DNA of 55,773 nt, counting the filler, from Circinaria calcarea (taxonomy: Eukaryota): NCBI GenBank assembly GCA_051942165.1. It is 4 parts of 4 records of this genome, joined end to end, with 100 filler letters (N's around TTAATTAATTAA, not from the genome) between each part and the next. Parts side by side here need not be neighbours in the genome. Positions count along the whole stretch, not along the records: positions 27,944 to 41,811 come from JAVECS010000471.1; positions 41,912 to 55,773 come from JAVECS010000472.1; 2 more parts are not named here. One strand, given 5' to 3'. Within the stretch, counting starts at the first letter, position 1. The number at the start of each line of letters is the position of its first letter. Both the position numbers and the translations under genes were made by a program. The notes beneath the pieces are model-generated. The model was not told the DNA's origin, made no database searches, and was given only the letters and a program-made list of their open reading frames with translations. Below are positions 38,349 through 49,411 of the stretch, piece after piece.

Positions 38349-39570
38349 TTATTCGAAGTAGTTCTTGGTCAGAATGCAGACTGGACGATGATGGAAGATA
38401 TCTTGGCTCCCTTTGATTCTGGCTTTGTTATAGAAACGGGCGCCGAAAAAGTCACGTAAAGGCTTAACGCTGTCAAACAGTGGACGCAGAACGGGAAGGC
38501 ATGCGTCAATGATGCCGAGGCAAGGTTCAGCTAAGGCCAACCAGGCAGGAGCGGCCGCGAACCTAAGATTTGGATTAGCTGGATGCTATGATGCTAAGAG
38601 GTTCCACGGGGAACTGTTTTAATGAGAGTCAACAAAAAACCTACAACCAGTATCAAAACCTGTTATCCTATATTTGGACGTGATGTATGTCCGGATTACG
38701 CTTAAGACGACATCGCTTGTATTACTCCGTTAGCTATACCGCCTTTAGACGACACACATATCGGCCTGGGATACATGACAAGGGAACGTACCCGCTACTG
38801 AGTAAGAAAATTTCACTTATAGCAAACTTCCGTTCGAAGGGTAGCTGAAGGTACCAGACCATGGGCATTGGTAAGATGAGGACTACTCCATTTAAAATAA
38901 TATCAATTGTACCAAGGGTGAAAAGGGCGGACGTTAAATCTATACACGTTGCCCTGCCAGGGCCCCCGATGGGTGTACACTGGAATATCGTGGTGAAGAA
39001 ACCGGAAATCGCCCAGCTGACAGCAAGAACAAAGGTCATGTACAAGGCGTACTTGAAATGGGTTCGATGAGTTCAGAACATGCGGCTGTACAGGAGAAGG
39101 ATGCAGAGTCTAGTGGCGGCGCTGCAAACAGGGTATATAGCTTCGAGGGCATACAGCGCCCGGTTAGATCCAATGATGTTTGGTATGCTCGCCTTCACCG
39201 TGTGTCTCCCCAGGCCGTAATGGATGCCTGCCGGCATTGTTACAGCTGACGGTTTCCTATTTAAGGCATATGCTCACAGTGGATCATTGCAACGAATATC
39301 CCATAAGCATAAGACTAGGACGAGAGGTCTATTTCTGGGAGATCTTCGCAAGCAGACATTTCCCCCCCAGCCAATGATGCAACCATCATATAATCGTCCA
39401 TTTCCTATTGCAACTTTTTGGAACCCCGCGTTTTGACCTTCCGTGCTAGTAGACGCAAGACAACCGCGATGGTTGCAACGGTGATCAAGGTAATACTACC
39501 GTCAATGATGGCAGGCCCTAGTGCTCCATCTCATACGCCAGTTCCTCGGGGCAATAACGGAAGCCATTCT
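38349..39570 (-). pseudogene. PTH11-like (fungal rhodopsin-domain) integral membrane protein pseudogene
   Basis: IAVVLRLLARK...Q*EMDDYMM (TAG at 39407-39405), GLGRH, ILLLYSRMF* (TGA at 39075-39073), FQCTPI, DIILNGVVLILPMPMVWYLQL and WLALAEPCLGIIDACLPVLRPL. A further TGA lies at 39533-39531 in the same frame. Confidence 0.75.
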
Positions 39571-39819
39571 AGCCACGATGGTCATCAGATGAGCTTGAAG
39601 GTGCCCAAGAGATTCAAGCACACCGTGGCCCTCTTACATATGTAATCGCGTGGCCATAGGATCTCAGTGTAGCAGAGATTGCCGTTGGGATGCTTGAGAT
39701 CTCATGCAGAGTCACGGAGAGCTCCCGTGCGAAATTATTTTTCATGATGGGCTATCGGTTGCTAATGCTTGTCGTTACAACCCTAAGTCTTGCGTCGTCA
39801 TGTTTTATACAAACGCCTC

Positions 39820-39844
39820 AGCCGAGCCGAGCCGAGCCGAGCCG
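39820..39844. repeat. (AGCCG)5 pentanucleotide microsatellite
   Basis: agccgagccgagccgagccgagccg read directly. Confidence 0.85.
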
Positions 39845-39989
39845 TGCCCTTGCTAGCCGATTAATCGCCAGTAGTGGCGTACATCTTATGCTCCAGAGTT
39901 AGGATTCAGCAAGAGCAAAAGTACAACGTCAAGTCCTTTTATTATTCAATCTTCTAACTTGATTGTACAAGTTTGAATCTCACCCGCGA

Positions 39990-41389
39990 ATGATTTCCAA
40001 CACCATATTGTTTAGCCACCTTCGGATTCTCTCATCTATTGTGAAACGATCTTCCTCAGGCATGAGATTTACTTCGGCTTCTTCCCGACCCCCAGAACCA
40101 ACCTATTACTGGCAGGAGGAAGTAGAGAATCTGGAGATGTACCGTGAAGGCGGCTACCATCCTATCCAGCTCGGTGATGAATTTTCCCGAGGAAGGTATC
40201 GAGTAATCCATAAATTGGGATACGGCTGTTTTTCAACGGTTTGGCTGGCCAGGGATCACACTGAAAATCGATATGTCTCTCTAAAGGTTATCACGGCAGC
40301 CACGTCAAAGCTGAATTTAGAAGCAAAGATTTGGCATCGTTTGCATCGAGGTAATGTCGATCATCCGGGTCGAAGTTTCATCTTGTCCCTGCTGGATGAG
40401 TTCTCGATTGACGGACCAAATGGTCGGCACCGGTGTACAGTGAGCGAAGTCGTTGGCATTAATATCTTCGATGCAAAAGAGGTGCATGAAGATGAGATGC
40501 TGCCAATTGAGATTGCGCGGAAAATTACGGCGCAAATAGCCTCAGGAGTTGCCTACATGCATTCTTGCGGTATTGTTCATGGAGGTCAGAAACTTCCACT
40601 CTGTCCCTGCACGTATGATAGCATATGGACCTCTCGACTTTGTTGGCTCACACTGTGCAAGATCTCCAGGCTAGGAATATATCTTTCCAAGTACCAAATC
40701 TCGATTTCTGGACCGTGGAGCAAATTTACAAACGTTTTAACGAGCCTACGATGAACTCAGTATCACGTCTCGATGGTCACCCACTTGGCCCAGAGGTACC
40801 ACCTTACACAGTTGAAAGAGCGTGGTTGTGGGATCCAAGCATAGATGGCGTGTTCGACCAAGTAAAGATCATTGACTTCGGCGAATCATTTTTCTCTAAA
40901 GATGAGCAAAGGGAATTACACGTACCAATGTTAATTCAACCCCCCGAATCACTCTTTAACGAAAAAGTTGGACTGCCCGCCGATATTTGGTCTTTTGCGT
41001 GTACTATTTTCGAATTTTTCGGTAAAGGTTCACTTTTCGAAGATTTCATGCCGGATCCAGACACGGTGCTTGTGGAAATGGTTAGTACGTTGGGAATCTT
41101 ACCGCACCGATGGTGGAGGAAGTGGAGAAACCGCAGCCTGTACTTATTGGACGATGGTACCAGGAAGACTACGAATACAACAGGCTCCCCTGAGAGGCCA
41201 AGGCCGCTTGCACTCCGTATAAAAAAGATGAGACTCAACCGTAATGAGCAGTTTACAGAAGCTTCTGAACAACTGAGTGCCGAGGCTGCAGCCGGCTTAT
41301 GTGAGCTACTAGCGTTGATGCTGAGGTATGAACCGTCTGAACGAGCTAAGGCCGAGGAAGTTGTGAAATTGATACGGCGGCTGCTATGA
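39990..41389 (+). CDS. SRPK-like (CMGC) Ser/Thr protein kinase; 2 exons, start at 39990 or 40062
   Basis: EEVENLEMYREGGYHPIQLGD, KLGYGCFSTVWLARD, VSLKV, HG|DLQARN across intron 40584-40661, IIDFGES, PPE and ADIWSFACTIFE. Confidence 0.85.
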
Positions 41390-41811
41390 GAAATGAAGCT
41401 GGAAAAAAGACAGTAGACAGTAGTGCAAATCCAATCAGCAACTATCCCGTTAGCAGCCACTCTGGTATACCAGTTTTAAGCTCCCGCAGAGCAGTGCAAA
41501 TTCATGCTGCGATTGTGGGTGAGACGGCGAGTGAGTATCAATCTCAGCATTAACTGTCTCGGCAGAGTATGCATGGTTCAAGGAATAGAATTGATTGATT
41601 CTACGACTGTCTATTCTGGGGCTATACAGCCCCGCAGGCCCGCCTGCTCCTTCCCATAACATTTACCCTCTCCATTATCCACCGCTTGGCTCTCAATGAA
41701 GTTCTCATATCGCTTCGTGAAACGATAGTAGTCACCATTCAGTATATCTCTACGCGGCCATATCACCTGTGTTGAAATTCTCAAGGTCACGAGAGGCCAA
41801 AGGCATTGATT

Positions 41812-41911
41812 NNNNNNNNNNNNNNNNNNNNNNNNNNNNNNNNNNNNNNNNNNNNTTAATTAATTAANNNNNNNNNNNNNNNNNNNNNNNNNNNNNNNNN
41901 NNNNNNNNNNN
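41812..41911. other. Artificial contig-joining spacer
   Basis: 44 N + TTAATTAATTAA + 44 N. Confidence 0.98.
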
Positions 41912-42961
41912 CAATTCATCCCGGGGGGCCAATGGAGATGCTTCTGCTAAGGCATTACCAGCGATGATGAGACGAGATATCTTGCTGACTTCTTGCTTAT
42001 CGGTGGTGCCACCAGCTTCACCCAATAAATACTCCATTAGCAAATCAAGGGAGAGACTGTCCGCTTCGTCGCCACTGATGCCGAGTCCACTAACGATCGC
42101 AACTTTGCCCCCGCTCGCACGCTCTTGCCCGCTCTCGTGCTTCCTTTTGCCATTTTTGCCACTCATTAAGACAGCGGTGCTATCATCCCGTTCCCAGCGT
42201 TGCGGTTGTCGTGGAAGATCTGGTACTCTCAGATCTACGATTTCGAAGTCGCCGTTAGAGTTCTCAGTACCCATAACGGCTATGATACAACCAGTTACCA
42301 GCATTGACGTTTGTAGAGGAGTACCAATCAAACGTAAACGTCCAGACTCATCCTCGAGCATGGTTTGGTCTTCACCGGAAGGCGAGACATACTTTTCCCG
42401 TGCTGGTGGAGCCGAGATCCAATGCTAACACCCGTTAGAACCGGAATAGGTACCCAACCCTGACAGATTGAGTATGGTTATGAAACAAACATCTTTCGAG
42501 ATATCGTCCAGGATATTCGGTTTCAACGGCATATCCATGTACACCGTGCCCGCAACCCAGCAGATATCACCCTGTCTCACATCAAGCACTCTATCTACAC
42601 GTCTGACGGTTTCCCCTCCAACCTGCATGTTTCCAGTTAAAGCGGCTGCTCTTCAAAAGGTAACTCTGCCATTGGCGTACCTGAAAGTCTGACCATGCCT
42701 CTGCTGCGACTTTCTCGACCTCTGGCTTGAGCTTCGCCAGTCTCAGAAAGTAAATATCCGCATACTGCTGTTGATAGTGCTTCTGGTCAGCTTTGGCAAG
42801 ATTGTAGGTTTGAAGAGGGTTGTAGTAGGAGGGCAATCGATCAAGGGTAGGATATTCTTCATTGCTAGGACCATATTAGCAGAGCTTGACCGAAGGGGAG
42901 GTACATGTGCACACTTGGGAGGACTAAGCAGCTCTTCCTTTTCGTCAGTCGCCATCGCCAT
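41912..42961 (-). CDS. POL31: DNA polymerase delta small (B) subunit, 5' part; multi-exon, truncated at contig start
   Basis: YQQQYADIYFLRLAKLKP, CWVAGTVYMDMPLKPNILDDISKD, LEDESGRLRL, LVTGCIIAVMG and ISRLIIAGN. Confidence 0.93.
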
Positions 42962-44171
42962 GCTACATTTTATTTGCACCTTTGTACATTGATGCAAGCT
43001 CTGATTACCATTATAAGAGTATCAACGCGAATTAATTCTGTGTTGATGTGGGGTTACCGCAATTAGATTTATCCAGCTAAGTTCAGTTAGTCCCCTTGAG
43101 CTGTAGAATAGTTACTCCGGGCTGGCCAACGTCTGCAGGGATTTCAAGCCCTATGGTCAAAACATTCCCCCATCATTTCAGGGTCGAATGCTACTGCAGA
43201 CCATCAACTAACCAGCATCTCGGTTTCGAACAATTACACGAATACACAAAACTCGAGAAAGGCGTAGACCTCCCACATAGCAAGTGTAAGCAGTACACCG
43301 TTTCGTATCCAGTACTGCCGCAACCGTCCGTTTTCCCTCATCCGAACATTGTCTAGACCCACCAGGGGTATGAAGAGCGCGGGTATAACCAAAACGTTCA
43401 ATCTTCAGCCGGAAGGGCCTCCAACAGATAGATATCCATAACTTTCTCGTAGTAGTTGACACGTTCTTGCATGTGGCCCCACACTGCATGGATCCCATTC
43501 CCCTACTCCATACCCCCATTTATCCCAAACACCCAAACACCCAAACCCACTCCATCCCCGTTTTCCCCCCATCGCATCCCCGCCTCCTAGCCACCATCTA
43601 CCGTGCCTTCCCCTCATTATCGTATTCCCTCGCTGCAAGCCCTCCAGTGAACGCCTGCCACCCATCATAGCTGGAAGTCTTTCCATGGCTTCCGCTGCAT
43701 GACTACGCTTTTTTCTAACTGGGGGCATAGCCGAACATTCCTTGCCGCCTCCTTGCGTTGCGCCTGGGTTTCTTTGCGAGCATGTGCATGCTTTGCTGCT
43801 TCGATTAGGTTGAGGGTTTCTTCTCTGGCATCGTCATCCCGGCCAGGGAATATGAGACGATAATCCATCTCCTAATCGGTGATTGATGGTTCGTCTAGAA
43901 TCTAATCGTCGGTGGACTGATGGGAGATACTGTATTTAAAGTAGCTATCTACCGTTTTATTGTTTGGAAATTCAAATGAATCATTTGTAGAAGAATATGG
44001 CTTAGATACACATGCAAACTCGTGATTCTTTTGTTCCCCAGGAAAAAGAATGCAACGTCAAAGCGCCAGCACCTGGTATGACACAAAGGCTTAAATTCTC
44101 AAAAACGAGGCCTCCATCATAAAGCATACGACTAACCACGGCCAAACACCAGTGACCCCAAGTAACATTGC

Positions 44172-46086
44172 TCACTTCTGCAACGGCAATTCCACAGGCT
44201 GCTGCCACATCTCGACGGCACGATTGCCCTCCATCTCCGCGCGTCGGATGTGACCACGGCCCAACTCCGTCCCCCCATGTTGCCCTACGAGTTCAAAGTT
44301 TTTCGTTTCCGACGACGGTCTGAAATCTTTCTCAGGCGGTACGGGCACGGCTTCGGCTTCCGTGTCGCGGTAATGGCGGCGGCGGCGGAAACAGAAAAAC
44401 CATAGAGCAGCACATAGCAGTATAACTCCTAAAATACTGCCGATGACTGCGCCTGCTATAGCGCCCCCACTTAGTTTGGACGATGACGGGGATGGAGGAG
44501 GGGTTGGCGGAGTGACCGTGGGGTTGAAGAGTTCGTTGATGGCTATAGGGTATGTTATGTTAGAGCCCCCGGTTCCACTGTTGGATCATAATCAGCCATC
44601 AATCGACTGGACATGATAGATTGACAGGGCTGACTTACGATCCCCCAATTTTTGCAATTATAGGAGCAGGCACCACGTAAGGTGGAGCATTGACGTTGTA
44701 AACGCTCCTGAACTGTAGTGTTGACAGATCGAAGATGTTTACGCCCTTAGTCTGGTAGTCGCACGGGCCACTTGTCAAAGGGTTATTGCCGATACCACCC
44801 ACAGTAAGCATCTGCCTGTTGGCGACAAGATGGCATGTATGTGCAAAGCGCGGACTAGTCCCTTGATAAAGTTTGGTCCAGGTAAAAGAAGGAATGGAAA
44901 GCACATATACTTGGTCGAAGTATTGGTTACCGCTTCCTCGACCTCCGTACATGTATCTACGGGATCGTTAGCTGACCTTGGTTTGAACAAAGATTAAGAT
45001 ACTAACATGTTGTGACTTGAGTTATCCTGGGCCGATGCCATCACTACACAGCCAGATACCCTCGATATAGGAATATCGCCGGTTGTAGCCTGACTAACCC
45101 ATGTTCCAGCGGTATCGTTGTAGAGTGAGTTGATGTTGAAGATATCAACGCTATCTAGCGGTAACTGGCTATTATAAGTTACCAGGATGATAAACCGACT
45201 TGTTCTGCTTACCAAGTTTCCATTCATATCACTCCCTCCAAGGTGAACGAGTATCCCATTCTCGCCAACTCCTGGAATGTACTGCATGCTCGCATATGTT
45301 CTGGGTACGCCATCAGCGACTTTTGTAGTCGACAGGTTGCTTGCAGTACGCGTGTTTGTATCAATCACGATCATGCCATCGAGGAAGAACTTATTAGTAT
45401 CTCCGAGTATCTGAGTTTCGATAGAGCTTCCGGAATTAACCTCTCCCCCCAGATAGAAAGCGAGCCCTTGGTCGGGAGCCGTTGCATATGCCCCACTGCT
45501 GGGTCTATAGGGACTTTCTCCCGAGATATTGAACTGGGCTACATTTCCCGATGCTGTGTCGTACGAGAAGAGTGAATAGCGGGAAGAAGTGGGAGGCTGC
45601 CAGGCCGGGTCGCTGGTATTGATGTAGGAAGTCGTTCCCCCATATAGGTATATGTTCGTGTCGTTATCCATACCGCCGTAAAGAGCTCCACGGGACAGAG
45701 CAGGCGTGCTGATTACATTCGCAATGCCGGTCTTATTAATATATGTCTCGGAGATGTTCGTCTTCCAGTCCCACGATTTGCTCAAGTCCACCTGGATCAA
45801 GACGCTATTATAGCCCACGGTGATGTTACCGGTTTGATTGCTGCCCTTGAGCGACACAAAGGTTTGGGTACCACCATCGATATATAGCTTGTTGTTCTTT
45901 ACGGTTGCTGGTGACCCAGTCAGTTCGTTGACAGAATTAGAGGATGAAAGTGTCAGACTAACATTGATGATCATATCGTACGCACATGTTCTTGATTGGA
46001 TCGAACCCCATAGCCTGCACCGTCGCCGCGACCGACAACAGACTCCAAACGATAACGGCAAACCCGGGAAGACATCTTGAGGCCAT
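44172..46086 (-). CDS. Type I membrane protein with signal peptide, extracellular kelch-like beta-propeller and single TM; multi-exon
   Basis: Start MASRCLPGFAVIVWSLLSVAATVQA, then KLYIDGG, IYLYGG, FYLGG, VHLGG, YMYGG, VYVLSIPSFTW and HTCHLVANRQMLTVGG. TM GGAIAGAVIGSILGVILLCAALWFFCF is followed by RRRR, and it ends VELPLQK*. Confidence 0.85.
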
Positions 46087-49000
46087 GTTTCAACCTGATG
46101 GAGGCCACCAAGCAATGCAAAATATCTCTATCGCACTTGAATGGAAAAGTGACACCAATACACTAACAGTAAAAGAAATGGGAACCAAGGGACATCATGA
46201 CATCTTTGTAACACTCCAGGTTGTAGAGGAAGATTAGTGAGCGATCCTACGAGCAGGGAGATCCTCCAAGCATATTAATTAATAGACTTCTTATCTTAGT
46301 CCATGATGCAGGAGTGGAACTACCTATTTCAGCTCCACCACCGCCGTCTAGTAGTACCACGGAGCAGGCAGGGTTATGTGATGGGGTCCAAAATCTTGAG
46401 AAAGGCGTTGCAAACCTTAAAAGAATAGTCAACCTCATACAAGCATCCACACATCTTGCATTCTGCTCTCTGCCCTATCCCATCGAGCTGCGGAATAGCT
46501 AAGCGCTGAAGGATCACCAGTCACCATTAGATCGTCCATACCCCGTCGAGTTTCACCCCTACCTGGGCTAGCAGTGCCACAGCCCTAGATGAGCCCCACC
46601 GTTTTCCTTGGTGCCATGCAATGAGGGCGCAGTGTTGTACGCAACTATCAAAATAGAAGACACATGTAAGTAGAAAGATGAGATGAATATGCCGAAGAGA
46701 ACCATTCCTTGTTCCCTATCCAGAATGTTTAACTGCCACCGTTCGGATTGGGAGGACCGTTTCTTCCCACCAGAAAGAATAGGTCCTCTCCTCCCTAATC
46801 GAATACCAAGCAGATCAACCTCGGCACAGCAACTACTAAGAGAAATTAACCATATTTGATTCGGTAGTCGCCCTCGCCCTCGCCCTTTGCCGAACCCAAA
46901 GCCAAGGCAATGGAATTTGGGGTGGTTTTAAACGATCGAATCATGGGGAGCATGGCGCGTGGCTTGCAGGCTTGGGGTACTTGAAATCCGCCAGGTACGG
47001 GCTGTACGACCCAGCGCACGCGATTGATCTTCTTGCATGCGGAACGTGTACACTTCACCCAATCAAATCAAAATGGCCCCTGTGTTTGAGATTCAGCTGA
47101 AGGCAGCTGGAGGGCACTAGAAGATAGTATCACCATATCCGGGCAAAGCCACATCATATAAGCTTGCCAATTAGATCCAGACGGAAGCGAAGCTGTCAGC
47201 GGTGGGAAATGAGATACTCTGTGGGATGAATTGATCACAATCGCAAGTTCGAAGTCGAACGAGGGGACGCATCCGTGCGTTGTTTGTAACACTGGGAGAG
47301 AATCGCCTTTCGAAGACGACTGCGTTGAGTGATTGGACGGTTCATAGGGCCCAAGCTCTCAACTCTCCCATCCAGGCAGGTTTCGGGCGAGGAGTAACGC
47401 TAATCCGCTTGCAAGGTTACCACAGTATTACTCACATGAGCTGTCGCCCTACGAGCCGCCCGAAAAACATCAGTACCCTTGTAGTGCAGGCACGAATTGC
47501 GGTAATCGTAAAATAGCTACCCTACGGAAGTACCATCCCGCAACCGCCCACAACTTCCTATCTTCACGCAAGAAGTGCCACCGGTTCTCAGTCACCTGTA
47601 TTCGGATTCTAGTTTCTGATCTTTGCCTCCTTTGTCTCTAGGATCCTCTTCTAGGCTTTATACTTTGTATTGCCCGTCTCAAAGACCTAGCTACATTCTA
47701 CCTATTACAAGCTAGGTACTGATGCTCTTTTGTTCCAACCACTTACTAAAGCCGATATGTAATTTGAGAACTAGGTAAAGATAGCTGTAGTGTATCGACG
47801 TTTCCTTTGACTTGACTGAGACTTGTCAACCGTCTGGTTTCAAGTACCTGTTGATCGATCTTGGAATCGCTGCTGTTCATGCTGTATAATTTTTCAAGTA
47901 TTCCAGTACTGTCTTACAGTTTTTTACATCCTGGTCGTGATAGAAAGATGATCATGGGCTTGTCTTTTACCGCTTTGTTCTGTATTTCTTTGTTGACTTC
48001 CAAGCCCTACCGGACCATCGTGATGAGCAACCCTATGCTGGCCCTGAAACCTAATTCAGTTGCCTGTCGTACTTTTGTCTGTAGGCGTCTTCCGTGGGTC
48101 CAGTGGATGATTGCCACCATCATATCTTCGGCTCGTTAAGCTATCCCTAGAGGGAGTGGTTACCCCCTTGCGTCGCTAGTGACTCCAAAGATATGTAAAG
48201 GATCTGGTCTTTTTGAATAATTTTTCATTAGGAACCCTCGTTTGAAAGTTGGTATACCAGTGCTATTTAATATATTAATGATGAGATTCTCAATGTCGCC
48301 GAGAGCATATCCTGCTTCCCTGGTTTTCATTATCACCCTACTTCTAACAAGTATCATATATGCATCGCCCCCAGCGGGTCAACAATACACGCCGCTTGAG
48401 GCAGGTAAAGCTCCACCGGCGGTCGGCGGTCAGGGGATGATAGGAACGATGGGAGTATCCCCTACAGTAATGCCTGGGTGAGCTATATTCTGGACCCAAT
48501 AAGCCGTTTCAGAGACCTCTTTCGCAACAAGCTGACATATACTAAGCGAACCTACCTGGCCAATTCTCAGTGGCTCTATCGGGCTTGTAAAAGCAGAGGA
48601 AGATCCAAAGGCATCGACAAAGACGTCCGCGGGAGGTTGGACCTGTAAGGCAAGCAGAACGCAAGAAACATGGGTTTTGATCTTAAACGTTTTCGTGATA
48701 GTAAGATAATCTCATGACCAGTACAGAAAACCATGACTGACAAGAATATATCACAGTTCGTTATGATCTAGGTGACCACATGAATAAGAAGGGGATTACC
48801 CATTCAGAAACAAAGGCTTAGCGGAGGGCCAACCATTATCAAGGATTAGCATCGAGCATAGCGAAAATAAAACGTACCTAGACATCGAGTACGCTACATA
48901 GCTGTCTTTCACGGATCCGAATACAACCCTCAAACCCTGGGAAGCAACGCTGTGGAAGCCTGTCACCCAATGTTGGATACTCAAGCTGTATTGCCTGATC

Positions 49001-49411
49001 TCATCAAGAACCTGTGGTATGTCCTCGCATCTATAGTCTGCTAGGGAAAGCCTTGTCCAGAAGCAGGTCTGAAAGATGGAGATGCTTCCCAGCCATTCAA
49101 TGCAACAGGCCCCTTGTCCCTTACGAGACTGGTTCCTAATTGCGATGGTTGGAGGCAGTTTGTTCAATATAGCGCTTAGCTTGTGATCTACCAACAATGG
49201 GGAAGCTGTGTTGGAGACGTTGTGTGTCTGTTCGGTAGCGCTGAGGGGTGCAAGTCTTTACCTGTGCCATCCGTAAAATCCGTAAAGCCAATAGGATAAT
49301 GATATTAGAGTACTTTGTCTAGGTGCTACCAAACCTTTCTTATCCCCGCGCTATGCAAAAGTAACGCTTCATCGAACCGGGTATACTGTACAAGGGTCGG
49401 CCGATAATACT

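Noticed and set aside
47085..47105. ATGGCCCCTG resembling U6 snRNA
   Set aside because: The ACAGAGA box and the rest of the U6 core are missing, so this is a chance 10-mer.
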